A DNA stretch of 64,000 bases from Eledone cirrhosa (GCA_964016885.1 OZ024760.1:28768001-28832000), one strand, 5' to 3'; positions 39,900 to 55,065 are shown, counted from the first letter of the stretch. Notes: generated by a model from the letters alone, not told the origin. Program-made: numbers and translations.

Positions 39900-41325
39900 T
39901 GCCTTCTAATAGATGTATCAATCTCCACAGACAACAATATATCTTCCAAGGAAATAGAAAAATTCTCCAAATATAAAGATCTAGAGATAGAAATAACTCG
40001 AATGTGGAAAATGAAAACAGAAACAATACCTATAAAAGGTGCTCTGGGAATGATAAATAAACACAGGCAAATACATAGCCAAAACCCCAGGACTTACAAA
40101 TATATACAGCATACAAAAGATAGCACTACTAGGCACTGTATATATATTATATAGAGTACCCCAGGACTTACAAATATATACAACATACAGAAGATAGCAC
40201 TACTAGGTACTGTATATATATTATATAGAGTACCACAGGACTTACACATATATACAGCATACAGAAGATAGCACTACTAGGTACTGTATATATATTATAT
40301 AGAGTACCACAGGACTTACAAATATATACAGCATACAAAAGATAGCACTACTAGGTACTGTATATATATTATATAGAGTACCACAGGACTTACAAATATA
40401 TACAGCATACAGAAGATAGCACTACTAGGTACTGTATATATATTATATAGAGTACCACAGGACTTACAAATATATACAACATACAGAAGATAGCACTACT
40501 AGGTACTGTATATATATTATATAGAGTACCACAGGACTTACAAATATATACAACATACAGAAGATAGCACTACTAGGTACTGTATATATATTATATAGAG
40601 TACCACAGGACTTACAAATATATACAACATACAAAAGATAGCACTACTAGGTACTGTATATATATTATATAGAGTACCACAGGACTTACAAATATATACA
40701 ACATACAGAAGATAGCACTACTAGGTACTGTATATATATTATATAGAGTACCACAGGACTTACAAATATATACAACATACAGAAGATAGCACTACTAGGT
40801 ACTGTATATATATTATATAGAGTACCACAGGACTTACAAATATATACAGCATACAAAAGATAGCACTACTAGGTACTGTATATATATTATATAGAGTACC
40901 ACAGGACTTACAAATATATACAACATACAGAAGATAGCACTACTAGGTACTGTATATATATTATATAGAGTACCACAGGACTTACAAATATATACAACAT
41001 ACAAAAGATAGCACTACTAGGTACTGTATATATATTATATAGAGTACCACAGGACTTAGAAATATATACAACATACAGAAGATAGCACTACTAGGTACTG
41101 TATATATATTATATAGAGTACCACAGGACTTACAAATATATACAGCATACAGAAGATAGCACTACTAGGCACTGCACACATATTACTAAAACTACTATCA
41201 ATACAATAGAAACAACACCATCAAAAACTACACTGCACATACCCAAGACACACACAGCTGTGCTCGGTAAAGCAGTAATGATGTGCAATAAATTACAATG
41301 GAAATAGTAGTAATAATAATTATTC
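39900..41325 (+). mobile_element. R4/Dong-like REL C-terminus and 3' UTR interrupted by a self-derived minisatellite
   Basis: LLIDVSISTDNNIS...KYKDLEIEITRMWKMKTETIP..GALG...IQKIALLGTAHIL across frameshifts; (TAA)n-like tail near 41310. Confidence 0.8.
40086..41175. repeat. 74 bp minisatellite, about 15 copies
   Basis: GGACTTAC recurs at 40090, 40164, 40238 ... 41126. Confidence 0.97.
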
Positions 41326-42169
41326 ATTAGAAATAGTGTGACAGAAGGCTTAAATGGAAGATTTTATGAAGCAATGGTTGACGGTAGTTTCGTCTGGTCT
41401 GTATTTTAATATTTCTTTGTTATTTATTTGAAGAGATATTTAGACATTTCAAACATAAAGGCAATTATGAACCTGTTTAAGACAGTCATCACAATTTAAT
41501 TTAATATCAGCAAGGAAACAACTATTTCCTTTTCTAATAATGAATTGGATTTAATTACGACTAACAAATCCAATGGTTTAAGAATATTTAAAAAAATCCC
41601 CACCGAAGCACAAAGAAAAGCCTCTTTAAAATTCTTAACGTTTTCCCTGCCTTAAAAATAAAAAAAATAAGAAAAAATCTTTTTTTGGATAAACTGTAGT
41701 GGTATACACACAATTTATTTCTAATTTAAGTTAAATTAATTCAATCTAATCCATTTTCAAACTTTCTTTGCAAATAAATAATATATATGAAAATAAATTA
41801 GATTTTTTTTTTTTTTCTGAACTTATTTCTTCGGATTTTAGTGTCTTTAAAAAAATTTTTTTTTTTTAAATTCTACTTAATGGAATGCCTTAAGCAAAAT
41901 TTGCTCAGATTTTTCTTGGAGACTAAATGAATATTCTGTTTGCTTCCACTGTGAAGATAATATGATAGAGCCATTAAAAAACATTGATTTTTTATTTTTA
42001 AATTTGTTTTTCGATTTATTTGATTTTTTTATAGCAATTTCCAAACATTACAAGTTCAAAGCTAAATAAACATTGTAAAGAGTTCAATAAGTTGTATTAG
42101 TCTACTTGATATCAGTTCAATAGAGGAGTTGTGGTGGTGGTAAGGGAAATATATTGAAAATTACTTTAT

Positions 42170-42490
42170 GTGCAGGTATGGCTGTTCACTTCACAACCAC
42201 ATGGTTTCAGTTACATATATAGATATATGTACAGGTATGTCTATGTTGTTAAAGAGTTCATTCACTTCAGCCACATGGTTTTAGTTACATATATAGATAT
42301 ATCTACAGGTATGTCTGTGACGTTAAACAGTTAACTTCACAGACACATGTTTTCAGTTGCATATATAGATATATCTACAGGTATGGCTGTGTTGTTAAAG
42401 AGTTCACTTTACAACCACATGGTTTTAGGTTTAGTCCCCCTGTGTGACACCTTGGTTAAGTGTCTTATCAGCCTCACGTTGACCAATACC
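42170..42490 (+). mobile_element. tandemly reiterated old SINE head fragments
   Basis: Four diverged CAGGTATGGCTGTG...CACTTCACAACCACATGGTTT modules; the last continues into a SINE-like body. Confidence 0.5.
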
Positions 42491-42574
42491 TGACTCTAGT
42501 GTCAATTTACTCATTAGGTGTGTTTGGTGATAGTAAAATATTTCATGCCATTTTCTCAATCTATGTGAATCATA

Positions 42575-43225
42575 TAACACCTGGATTCTGTTTATGTTGG
42601 ATTAGTTTTACCTGTCTTTCCCTCCATAAGATTTCTTAATATAACACCTGGATTAACTTTACCTGTTTCCTCTCGTTAACATTTCTTAATATAACACCTG
42701 GATTAACTCTACCTGTCTCCCCTTCGTTAACATTTCTTAATATAACACCTGGATTAACTTTACCTGTCTCCCCTTCGTTAACATTTCTTAATATAACACC
42801 TGGATTAACTCTACCTGTCTCCCCTTCGTTAACATTTCTTAATATAACACCTGGATTAACTCTACCTGTCTCCCCTTCGTTAACATTTCTTAATATAACA
42901 CCTGGATTAACTCTACCTGTCTCCCCTTCGTTAACATTTCTTAATATAACACCTGGATTAACTCTACCTGTCTCCCCTTCGTTAACATTTCTTAATATAA
43001 CACCTGGATTAACTCTACCTGTCTCCCCTTCGTTAACATTTCTTAATATAACACCTGGATTAACTTTACCTGTCTTCCTCTCGTTAAGATTTCTTAATAT
43101 AACACCTGGATTAACTTTACCTGTCTTCCTCTCGTTAAGATTTCTTAATATAACACCTGGATTAGTTTTACCTGTCTTGCTCTTGTTAACATTTCTTGAT
43201 ATAACACCTGGATTAGCTTTACCTG
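42575..43225. repeat. 50-51 bp minisatellite, about 13 copies
   Basis: ATAACACCTGGATTAACTCTACCTGTCTCCCCTTCGTTAACATTTCTTAAT units. Confidence 0.96.
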
Positions 43226-44597
43226 TTCCATTAGAAATATTGTAATGAAAGGGTTAAAGTGCTTATATTTATCTAGAAAACTTTGTTAAGTTATGTTCCA
43301 TTAGAAATATGGTAATGAAAGCGTTAAAGTGTTTATATTTATCTAAAAACTTTTCATCATAATTTAATGTAAGAACCTTTGTTAAGTTATGTTCCAAACA
43401 TCAACTTTTAGTGAGAATGTTGGTTATATTACTAAATCCTTTTGAATTCTTGATTATCTTCTAAAATATATGCAATGTCATTTATTAAGAATCTGGTAGA
43501 TTTTATACAAGAACCATTGTTATGGTCCAAACACTATTTAATGAGAAAGTTTGCTGTATTACAAAATCTCTCGAAATTGTTGATTATTTTCAAAATTATT
43601 AAAAACCATAGGGAGTGTCTTTTATTAGAAATATATTGTAATGAAGGAGTCAGATCTGACTGGAAGCTAAATAACAACTGCTACTACAACCCTCACAGTT
43701 TTAACTGCATAGTTGCTTTGAATGTCAACTTTTGTCTCTTCTGTAAATCATAATTTGATTTATTTTGTTTTAGAAATCATTCACTGAATTGTAATAATTT
43801 TGTTTTAAAGTTCTAGTTTGGATATCTGTTTATTGTTAAGAAAGTATTTTGATGGACTTAGTAGACTGCCTGAATATTTTGAGTCAGTACCATAATTATG
43901 ATAGACTAACAAAGATTAAAACTGCACCTCACCCCACAAAAACAAAACAATAGAGAAACAAACTCTGGACTCCTCAGTATTTTACTCAATTTTCCAAGCC
44001 ATTATTTTTAGTAATCAATCCTTACGGGGTCGATAAAATAAAGTACCAGTAATGCACTGGGTAATTGCTGGCCTTGTGCCTAAAGTAGAAACAATTATTT
44101 TTAGTAATCAACTGTATTCACAGTTATCTTTTTTGCTTTTGAGATTCACTACATTTCCACTGAAGGTTGGGTACCTAATTTACCTTGCCTCAGTTTGCCT
44201 GGCTGGCAACAGGTTCCATTCCTACTTCACAGTTCATTGTTCAGCAATGAAGGTACTCAACGGTGAAAATAATTGTTTTGATGAAAAACAAAACTGACAA
44301 ACTCATCCCAGATTAGCAAGAAAATGTGGATTTAAAAGATATACATACCCTCCCCCCCATCCCTCCCACACACACACATACTCCCTCCACCACAGACACA
44401 TACACATATACACATACACCGCCCACAAACACCACACAACCACACGCCACATCCCTCCCACACACACATACCCCCCCCCCCCCACACGTCCCCGCATACA
44501 ACCCTCCCCTCCACCCCCACAACCCCACCGCCACATGCCGCCAAACATTTTTGTTTTTTATTTTCATTTTTTAAAGAATTTCCAGAAGAACTGACAT

Positions 44598-45140
44598 TGT
44601 TTGGAACATAACTTAACAAAGGTTCTTACATAAAATAATGAAGGTTTTTAGATAAATATAAACACTTTAACCCTTTCATTACCATATTTCTAATGAAAGA
44701 CACTGTTGGTGTTTGGAACATAACTTAACAAAGGTTCTTACATAAAATAATGAAGGTTTTTAGATAAATATAAACACTTTAACCCTTTCATTACCATATT
44801 TCTAATGAAAGACACTGTTGGTGTTTGGAACATAACTTAACAAAGGTTCTTACATAAAATAATGAAGGTTTTTAGATAAATATAAACACTTTAACCCTTT
44901 CATTACCATATTTCTAATGAAAGACACTGTTGGTGTTTGGAACATAACTTAACAAAGGTTCTTACATAAAATAATGAAGGTTTTTAGATAAATATAAATA
45001 CTTTAAAATAAACAGGATTAGAACCAGGAGCAGTTTCAGGTGGGTTGATATCTAAAGGATTAAGATAGTGTTTGGAACATAACTTAACAAAGGTAAAATT
45101 ATGATGGAAGGTTTTTAGATAATTTCTAAACACTTTAAAA
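44598..45140. repeat. 112 bp tandem repeat (about 3.5 copies plus a diverged copy), related in inverse orientation to 43225-43400
   Basis: GTTTGGAAC at 44599, 44711, 44823, 44935; the unit contains TTAACCCTTTC, a piggyBac-like MITE end. Confidence 0.85.
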
Positions 45141-45215
45141 TAAACAGATTTGTGTTGTAGAACCAGGGACCGGTCCATGTGGGTTGGTGTCAATAGAAAT
45201 AAGTCCAAGCTGGCT

Positions 45216-46235
45216 CTGGCAGTGTTGAGTCCTCTGACGTCTCAGCCCTAGATGGCTCCCTAGTTGCCCTTAATGGTAGCACCAGCCCTGGCAGTGTTGA
45301 GTCACTCTGAGGTCTCAGTCCTAGATGGCTCCCTAGTTGGCCTTAATGGTAGCACCAGCCCTGGCAGTGTTGAGTCACTCTGAGGTCTCAGCCCTAGATG
45401 GCACCCTAGTTGGCCTTAATGGTAGCACCAGCCCTGGCAGTGTTGAGTCACTCTGAGGTCTCAGCCCTAGATGGCACCCTAGTTGGCCTTAATGGTAGCA
45501 CCAGCCCTGGCAGTGTTGAGTCACTCTGACGTCTCAGTCCTAGATGGCTCCCTAGTTGGCCTTAATGGTAGCACCAGCCCTGGCAGTGTTGAGTCACTCT
45601 GAGGTCTCAGCCCTAGATGGCTCCCTAGTTGGCCTTAATGGTAGCACCAGCCCTGGCAGTGTTGAGCCACTCTGACGTCTCAGCCCTAGATGGCTCCCTA
45701 GTTGGCCTTAATGGTAGCACCAGCCCTGGCAGTGTTGAGTCCTCTGACGTCTCAGTCCTAGATGGCTCCCTAGTTGGCCTTAATGGTAGCACCAGCCCTG
45801 GCAGTGTTGAGTCACTCTGACGTCTCAGCCCTAGATGGCTCCCTAGTTGCCCTTAATGGTAGCACCAGCCCTGGCAGTGTTGAGTCACTCTGAGGTCTCA
45901 GTCCTAGATGGCTCCCTAGTTGGCCTTAATGGTAGCACCAGCCCTGGCAGTGTTGAGTCACTCTGACGTCTCAGCCCTAGATGGCTCCCTAGTTGGCCTT
46001 AATGGTAGCACCGGCCCTGTCAGTGTTGAGTCACTCTGAGGTCTCAGTCCTAGATGGCTCCCTAGTTGCCCTTAATGGTAGCACCGGCCCTGGCAGTGTT
46101 GAGTCACTCTGAGGTCTCAGTCCTAGATGGCTCCCTAGTTGCCCTTAATGGTAGCACCGGCCCTGTCAGTACTGTGTCTCTCTGAGGTATGTGCCCTAGA
46201 TAGCACCCTAGTTGACCTTTAATGGTAGCACCAGT
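45216..46235. repeat. 73 bp GC-rich minisatellite, about 14 copies
   Basis: CTGGCAGTGTTGAGTCACTCTGA...GGTAGCACCAGCC units. Confidence 0.97.
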
Positions 46236-46729
46236 CCTGCTTTAACCTCAAGGTGTGTTTCATTAACAGAAGGCCTAGGGTTAAACAATGATCTATCGCT
46301 AAGTTTGTATCAATACTATCTAGTATTGAACTGTAGATTAGAGTGGTTGTCATGACAACAGTAAGATGGAGGAAAGACATTATTTCATCAATTAATGATT
46401 GGTTTTCATATATATCAAATATGTTTAGTTTTATCTTGATAAACACAACCTCCCCTCCCTCTCTCACTCTATTTCACTCTCTCACTTTCACTCTCTCACT
46501 CTCTCTCTCTCATTCACTCTCTCTCTATTTCTCTCTCACTTTCACTCTCTCTCTCACTTTTTAACTCTCACTCTTTCACTCTCTCTCTCTCTTTCACTCT
46601 GTCTCTCTCACTCTCACACTCTCTCACTCTTACTCTTTCACTCTCTCTCTTTCTCTCCCATTCACTATTTCCCCTCCTCATGTTTCACTCACACTCACCC
46701 TTCCACTCACCAGGTGTCAGTGACAGACA

Positions 46730-47020
46730 AAGCCACCAATCCTCTGGGATATATCAATACACACAGATAGCGAGATTAAGGCCAACCAACCAGATATTAA
46801 AGTCAAAGTCCACAAAGAAACAAAACATGTCTTTTAATTGATGTATCTATCAACACAGATGATAATATGTCTCTCAGGGAAATAGAGAAACTCTCCAGAT
46901 ATAAAAATCTAGAGATAGAAATAACCAGAATGTGGATGATGTAAATAGAAACAATCCCTATAATAATAGGGGCTCTGAGAATGATAAAAAAAACACAGAC
47001 AGATACATAAACTGAACCAT
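46730..47020 (+). mobile_element. R4/Dong-like REL endonuclease fragment
   Basis: ILWDISIHTDSEIKANQPDI...CLLIDVSINTDDNMSLREIEKLSRYKNLEIEITRMW...IPIIIGAL. Confidence 0.85.
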
Positions 47021-47024
47021 AGGG

Positions 47025-48355
47025 CTTTAGGGTAATTCTAGGGAGAAACCCCACATAAAACCCCGGATTACTGTGTGACAGTCAACTAGGGACAGTTCCC
47101 CAATAGTGGAGGACTGTACTTTAGGGTAATTCTAGGGAGAAACCCCTCATAAAACCCCGGATTACTGTGTGACAGCCAACTAGGGACAGTTCCCCAATAG
47201 CGGAGGACTGTACTTTAGGGTAATTCTAGGGAGAAACCCCACATAAAACCCCGGATTACTGTGTGACAGTCAACTAGGGACAGTTCCCCAATAGTGGAGG
47301 ACTGTACTTTAGGGTAATTCTAGGGAGAAACCCCACATAAAACCCAGGATTACTGTGTGACAGCCAACTAGGGACAGTTCCCCAATAGTGGAAGACTGTA
47401 CTTTAGGGTAATTCTAGGGAGAAACCCCACATAAAACCCCGGATTACTGTGTGACAGTCAACCAGGGACAGTTCCCCAATAGTGGAGGACTGTACTTTAG
47501 GGTAATTCTAGGGAGAAACCCCTCATAAAACCCCGGATTACTGTGTGACAGCCAACTAGGGACAGTTCCCCAATAGCGGAGGACTGTACTTTAGGGTAAT
47601 TCTAGGGAGAAACCCCACATAAAACCCCGGATTACTGTGTGACAGTCAACTAGGGACAGTTCCCCAATAGTGGAGGACTGTACTTTAGGGTAATTCTAGG
47701 GAGAAACCCCACATAAAACCCCGGATTACTGTGTGACAGCCAACTAGGGACAGTTCCCCAATAGTGGAGGACTGTACTTTAGGGTAATTCTAGGGAGAAA
47801 CCCCACATAAAACCACGGATTACTGTGTGACAGTCAACTAGGGACAGTTCCTCAATAGTGGAGGACTGTACTTTAGGGTAATTCTAGGGAGAAACCCCGG
47901 ATTACTGTGTGACAGCCAACTAGGGACAGTTCCCCAATAGTGGAGGACTGTACTTTAGGGTAATTCTAGGGAGAAACCCCACATAAAACCCAGGATTACT
48001 GTGTGACAGCCAACTAGGGACAGTTCCCCAATAGTGGAAGACTGTACTTTAGGGTAATTCTAGGGAGAAACTCAACATAAAACCCCGGATTACTGTGTGA
48101 CAGTCAACTAGGGACAGTTCCCCAATAGTGGAAGACTGTACTTTAGGGTAATTCTAGGGAGAAACCCCACATAAAACCCCGGATTACTGTGTGACAGCCA
48201 ACTAGGGACAGTTCCCCAATAGTGGAAGACTGTACTTTAGGGTAATTCTAGGGAGAAACCCCTCATAAAACCCCGGATTACTGTGGGACAGCCAACTAGG
48301 GACAGTTCCCCAATAGTGGAAGACTGTAAAGAAACCCCTCATAAAACCCCAGATT
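47025..48355. repeat. 94 bp minisatellite, about 14 copies
   Basis: CTTTAGGGT recurs at 47025, 47119, 47213 ... Confidence 0.97.
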
Positions 48356-48754
48356 AATCTGTTACCCCACAGACATTGAAAGTCTCTTCTCTCGGTTTCC
48401 TGCTTAGAAAAACCTAGTCAGAGTAGGCCTGTTAACAACAATAATTGTTTCTACTTTTGGCACAAGCCCAGCAATTTCCCCAGTGTATTACTGGTATTTT
48501 ATTTTATCGACACCGTAAGGATGAAAGGCAAAGTGAACCGTGGCAGGATTTAAACTCAGAACGCAAAGGGCCGTAACTCTATGCTGCAAAGCAGTGACAG
48601 AATGAAAGTGAGAAAGAGATATAAAGGAAGAATCAACCCCAGTACTTGACTGGTACTTTTCTTTTATTGACCCCTTCAATGGATGAAAGGCAAAGTTGAC
48701 CTCAGCAAGATTTGAACTCACAGAAGAGAGGCTGTAATGAATACTACAAACCAT

Positions 48755-50190
48755 TCTAACCCCCCCCCCCCCATCAGATACTGACATTGGCTGACACTAA
48801 TAATCCCCTCCTTATCAGATACTTACAGTGACTGACCCCCCCCTTATCAGGTACTTACATTGACTAACAATAACCCCCCCCTCTATCAGATACATTGACT
48901 GACACTAACCCCCCCCCCCCTTCTCCCTTATCAGATACTGACATTGACTGACACTACCCCCCCCTATCAGATACATTGACTGACACTAACCCCCCCCTTA
49001 TCAGATACTTACATTGACTGACACTAACCCCCCCTCCCTTATCAGATACTGACATTGACTGACACTAACCCCCCTCCCTTATCAGATACTTACATTGACT
49101 AACAATAACCCCCCCCCCTATCAGATACATTGACTGACACTAACCCCCCCTCTCCCTTATCAGATACTTACATTGACTGACACTAACCCCCCCCCCCCTA
49201 TCAGATACATTGACTGACACTAACCCCCCCTCTCCCTTATCAGATACTTACATTGACTGACACTAACCCCCCTCCCTTATCAGATACTTACATTGACTGA
49301 CACTAACCCCCCTCCCTTATCAGATACTGACATTGACTGACACTAACCCCCCCCCCTATCAGATACTGACATTGACTGACACTAACCCCTCTCCCTTATC
49401 AGATACTTACATTGACTGACACTAACCCCCCCTCTCCCTTATCAGATACTTACATTGACTGACACTAACCCCCCCCTATCAGATACATTGACTGACACTA
49501 ACCCCCCCTCTCCCTTATCAGATACTGACATTGACTGACACTAACCCCCCCTCCCTTATCAGATACATTGACTGACACTAACCCCCCCTCTCCCTTATCA
49601 GATACTGACATTGACTGACACTAACCCCCCTCCCTTATCAGATACTTACATTGACTGACACTAACCCCCCCCCCCCCTATCAGATACATTGACTGACACT
49701 AACCCCCCCTCTCCCTTATCAGATACTTACATTGACTGACACTAACCCCCCCTCCCTTATCAGATACATTGACTGACACTAACCCCCCCTCTCCCTTATC
49801 AGATACTGACATTGACTGACGCTAACCCCCCCCCCCTATCAGATACATTGACTGACACTAACCCCCCCTCTCCCTTATCAGATACTTACATTGACTGACA
49901 CTAACCCCCCCTCCCTTATCAGATACTGACATTGACTGACACTAACCCCCCCTCTCCCTTATCAGATACTTACATTGACTGACACTAACCCCCCCTCCCT
50001 TATCAGATACATTGACTGACACTAACCCCCCCTCTCCCTTATCAGATACTGACATTGACTGACACTAACCCCCCTCCCTTATCAGATACTTACATTGACT
50101 GACACTAACCCCCCCTACCTTACCAGGTACTGACATTGACTGACACTAACACCCCCCCCCTATCAGATACATTGACTGACACTAAAGACC
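48755..50190. repeat. ~35-43 bp minisatellite with variable poly-C runs
   Basis: TATCAGATAC(TTAC)ATTGACTGACACTAA(C)n units. Confidence 0.95.
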
Positions 50191-50613
50191 CCCCCCGCTC
50201 CCATGTAATATACACTGTCTTTTGGTCTTTCTTGGATATTTGTGATAAAGTGTGTATTAATTCTCCAATGTGTGTATATATATATATATATATATAAACA
50301 TATATTTATATATGTATGTGTATAAACATATATATATAAATATATGTATATATGTATGTGTATATATATATATAAACATGTATATGTATGTGTGTATAAA
50401 CATATATATATATAATATAAATATATGTATATATGTATGTGTATATATATATAAACATATATATGTATGTGTATATATATATAAACATATATATGTATAT
50501 GTATGTGTATATATATATATACACATACATATATATATATGTATGTGTATATATATGTATATACACATGCATTTATGAATATCTAAATGTGTGTATATAT
50601 ATATATGTTTATA

Positions 50614-50653
<40 letters not shown>

Positions 50654-50663
50654 CATACATATG

Positions 50664-50695
<32 letters not shown>

Positions 50696-50711
50696 CATAC
50701 ATATACATATA

Positions 50712-50773
<62 letters not shown>

Positions 50774-50790
50774 CATATATACATACATAC

Positions 50791-50834
<44 letters not shown>

Positions 50835-51299
50835 GTGTTTGTCTTATAATATAATACTTGAGACATGTACCATATTCCTTTGTCTACTTATACAAGATGA
50901 GAGAGAATCTGCTGAAGAAGTTGGATAAAATACCCCCCCCCCCTGTCCCAAAATACCCCCACCCCCCAAATAACCCCACCTCACTGTAGAAAACTGTTGC
51001 CTATATAATAGAAGATATAATAAGACAGGGGTTGTCTGTCTAGCGGAATATTTTCCTCTAAACTACAATTAGTTTTTTATCTCTTGTCAAATTGGTCCTA
51101 TCTGGTCATGGACCTGTGTGTGTGTGGATGTGTGCAGGTGTGTGTGTGTGTATGTGGATGTGGATGTGTGCAGGCACCTGTGTGTGTGTATGTGGATGTG
51201 TGCAGGCTTCTGTGTGTGTGTGTGGATGTGTGCAGGCCTCTGTGTGTGTGTGTATGTGGATGTGTGCAGGCCTCTGTGTGTGTGTGGATGTGTGCAGGC

Positions 51300-51350
<51 letters not shown>

Positions 51351-51367
51351 TATGTATATATCTGTGA

Positions 51368-51407
<40 letters not shown>

Positions 51408-52814
51408 CTGTATGTGTGTGCATGTATATATATATGTCTATATATCTGTGTGTTTATATATATATATATACAGTATATGTATATATCTGTATGTGTGTGC
51501 GTGTATATATATGTGTATGTGTATATATCTGTGTGTATATATATATATATATATACAGTATATGTATATATCTGTATGTGTGTGCGTGTATATATATGTG
51601 TATGTGTATATATCTGTGTGTGTGTGTATATATATATATATATACAGTATATGTATATATCTGTATGTGTATATATATATATATATATAAATGTAAAGAA
51701 AAAAATACATGCATATTTAGTAACCATTTTTTTCTTAAGAGATGCTGGTCGCACAGATGTGTGTGTGTGTGTGTGAGTATGTGTTTGTGTGTGGGTATGT
51801 GTGTGTATGCATGCCACTGTGTGTGTATGTGTGTGTGTGAGTGTGTGTGTGTGAGTATGTGTGTGTGTGTGTGTATGCACCCTCTGTGTGTGTAAATCTA
51901 ATTTCTGTTTTTCTTTTGTTTTCTTTCGAAAGACAGGGAAAAAATCTGCAGAGTTGTAATGACTTTGTTACTGGTGTAGGGAGGGAGGTGGGGGTGTCAT
52001 ACCACTGGTGGTGGGGTGGTGGACAGAGGGGGAGATGTGGGGGTGTTATACCACTGGAGGTGGGGTGGTGGACAGAGGGGGAGAGAGGGGGAGATGTCTT
52101 TAGGATAGGGAGGGAGAGATGTGGAGGTGTTATACCACTGGAGGTGGGGTGGTGGACAGAGGGGGAGAGAGGCTTACATACAGAGAGGGAGAGATGGACA
52201 GAGGGAGAGAGACATACATACAAAGAGGGATAGAGAGAGACAGAGGGAGAGAGACATACATACAGAGAGGGATAGAGAGAGACAGAGGGACATATGGAGA
52301 GTGGGAGAGAGAGACAGAGGGAGAGATAGAGAGACATACATAAAAAGAGGGATAGAGACAGAGAGAGAGAGAGATGGACAGAGGGAGAGAGGGAGAAAGG
52401 AATAGAGAGACTGAGAGAGAGACAGGTAGGCAGACAGAGAGACAGAGAGACAGACAGACAGACACAGAGACAGAAGGACAGACAGACTGACAGAAAGGGT
52501 CTAATTCAGGATTGTTAAGGCAGGACAGTGATTTAATAATGTCGGCACTAAGTGCTACATCTTGGAATGGAATTGTTACCAATTTAGAGACACGAAAGAA
52601 ATTAAGTTGTTTCAAGCGACAACAACAACAACAACAACAGCAACAACAACAACAACAACTACTACTACTACTACTAGATGTAAATAAAAGGTTAACAAAA
52701 ACATTTGTGGTGCCATTTCAACTGTGGAACTAATGATCTGTGATAGAAAAATTAGAAAAGGAAAATATATATATTGAACATGGGAAACAAAACAAAGCTA
52801 TATATATATATATA

Positions 52815-52857
<43 letters not shown>

Positions 52858-54190
52858 TCATCGTCATCATCATCGTTTAACGTCCATCTTCCACGCTTGC
52901 ATGGGTTTGGATATATATATATATATATATATTATAATTGTTTCTACTTTTGGCACAAGGCCAGCAATTACTCCAGTGCATTACAGGTACTTTATTTTAT
53001 CGACCCCGTAAGGATGAAAGGCAAAGTTAACCTCGGCACGATTTGAACTCAGACCGTAAAGGACCGTGACTCTCTCTCTACCGATACTGCCGATCCATTG
53101 CCCATATATGTATGAATTTGTTTTGCGAGGTTTTTGATATGAAACCATGTGTCGAAACAAATATTGTTATACTTGGGGAGGGTCATATTGTTGTAATGAT
53201 ATTGCCAGAAATAATAACAGAACACACTCACTGTTTGGTTGGTTTTCGCTTCTGTATCTTTTATATTTCCACAGTTAATTCATTTGGTGCTCAATGCTTA
53301 CCATTTACTGACCAATGGTCAAAAATACAGATATAAACACACATATATAGTCTAACAAAGTTCTTTCGTTGCACATCTACAACATCATCAGTGGTACTAT
53401 TATGTTCCTCCTGTTGTATTGTATGTCTACGCCATCTTTATATAATCAGTTTATTTATTTATTTATTTTTGTCTTCTCTGCGTATGCGTTTGCGTGTGTG
53501 TATAGTGTTTGATGTGTGTTCGTGTTTGGATGACTGTGTATTGGTTATTGTATTCTATCTTAGTTTACTAGTGTGTGTTTATATGTGTTTGTTGTTATTG
53601 TGCTTGTGTATATATTTATTTATTTATTTATATTTCTCTTAGGTCAGTGTTGTTTGTTTGGGTGTTGTTATTCCATTCATTTTTTTCTGTTTAGCTTTGG
53701 CCTTCTAAGTTCTATTTCACTTGCCTCTCTGATTTGCCTATCTGCTGGGTCATTTCTATGTTTAGATATTATTTTAATTTCTGTTGTCTATGTTACCGTC
53801 ATGTTGTTGTCTAGCGTGTTCGTATAGTACTGAACTGTGTTTTTGTCCTTTTAGTTCCCCCCAGTGTTGGTCTATCCTATAGTTTGTTATCCTTAACTTT
53901 TAAATATTAAATTAAGAAAAATTAAGAAAATAACAGAGACCTATATTGGGCAAAAATGCCTGGTAACAACTAGACAGTGTTGGAGACTGTTTCGCAACGA
54001 CTTATTAAGTGAAGTTCTCACGTTTCTCTGCTCCTCAGTAGTTGTTGAGAAATTAGTGATCCTTTCACTTCTAAAAATATTAGAGAATGAATTATCGCAC
54101 GTCATTCGTAACCCAGCTTGTCTCAAAATTCCATGCCGCTAAAAATAGCAGCCTGGCTGATATATATATATATATATGTATGTATATATA

Positions 54191-54226
<36 letters not shown>

Positions 54227-54266
54227 TGTATGTATGTATATGTATGTATGTATGTATGTATGTATA

Positions 54267-54835
54267 TACAACCTGTCCCATGGTCGGGTCGTTGGCGACT
54301 AAACTGGCAACCCCACCAAGGTTTCTTGATGAGGAGGGTGACTTTGGACATCCTGCAGGACTAAAAACAAAACCTGTCAAAGGGCAAAGGAGCTCTTAAG
54401 AGTCAATGGCCATCTAAAATCACTGGGAGAGATGACCCCTTAGCCTTTGTCAAGGCAGAATTCTAGGAGAAGGAAAACTCTGATATAACACCTGCAACCC
54501 TGATGGTATCCAATGATGTTGACTTGTTCTTCTTTTTGGTAAATATCATCTTGGTTAAGAGAGTGGGACTGGCTTTGTGCAGTGCCTTTGCTCACTATAA
54601 AAGCTTCACGGCACAGGCATTGCTTTATATCTGGAGATCTCTCTGCACTTGTCATCACATGGTACCATGGGCCCAGCACTATGTGTCAATAATTGTCACA
54701 AGTGTAGTGTTTGTACCAGAGTTTTCAAGTCGCTGGCTGGACTAAAAAGTCACACTCGTTCAGCGCATCGGTAGGGGTTCTCCTACATGGATATAAAGTA
54801 GTGGCCGTATTCGAAAACGAGTTGGCAGCCACCAT
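54267..54835 (+). mobile_element. copy of the twister-headed non-coding element
   Basis: Near-identical to 17768-18335. Confidence 0.75.
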
Positions 54836-54856
54836 GTATGTATATATATATGTATG

Positions 54857-54902
<46 letters not shown>

Positions 54903-55013
54903 TATATGTATGTATATATATATATATGTATGTATGTATATGTATGTATATGTATATATATGTATGTATGTATATGTATGTATATATATATATATATGTG
55001 TGTGTATGTATAT

Positions 55014-55065
<52 letters not shown>

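Noticed and set aside
44166-44252. Possible plus-strand exon (similar candidates at 51937 and 52510)
   Set aside because: Weak splice donors and no recognisable protein similarity
53975-54045. Minus-strand CTGAGGA...GAAACAGTC hammerhead-like core (similar weak cores near 7055-7112 and 19775-19815)
   Set aside because: No stem I pairing, or a mutated core
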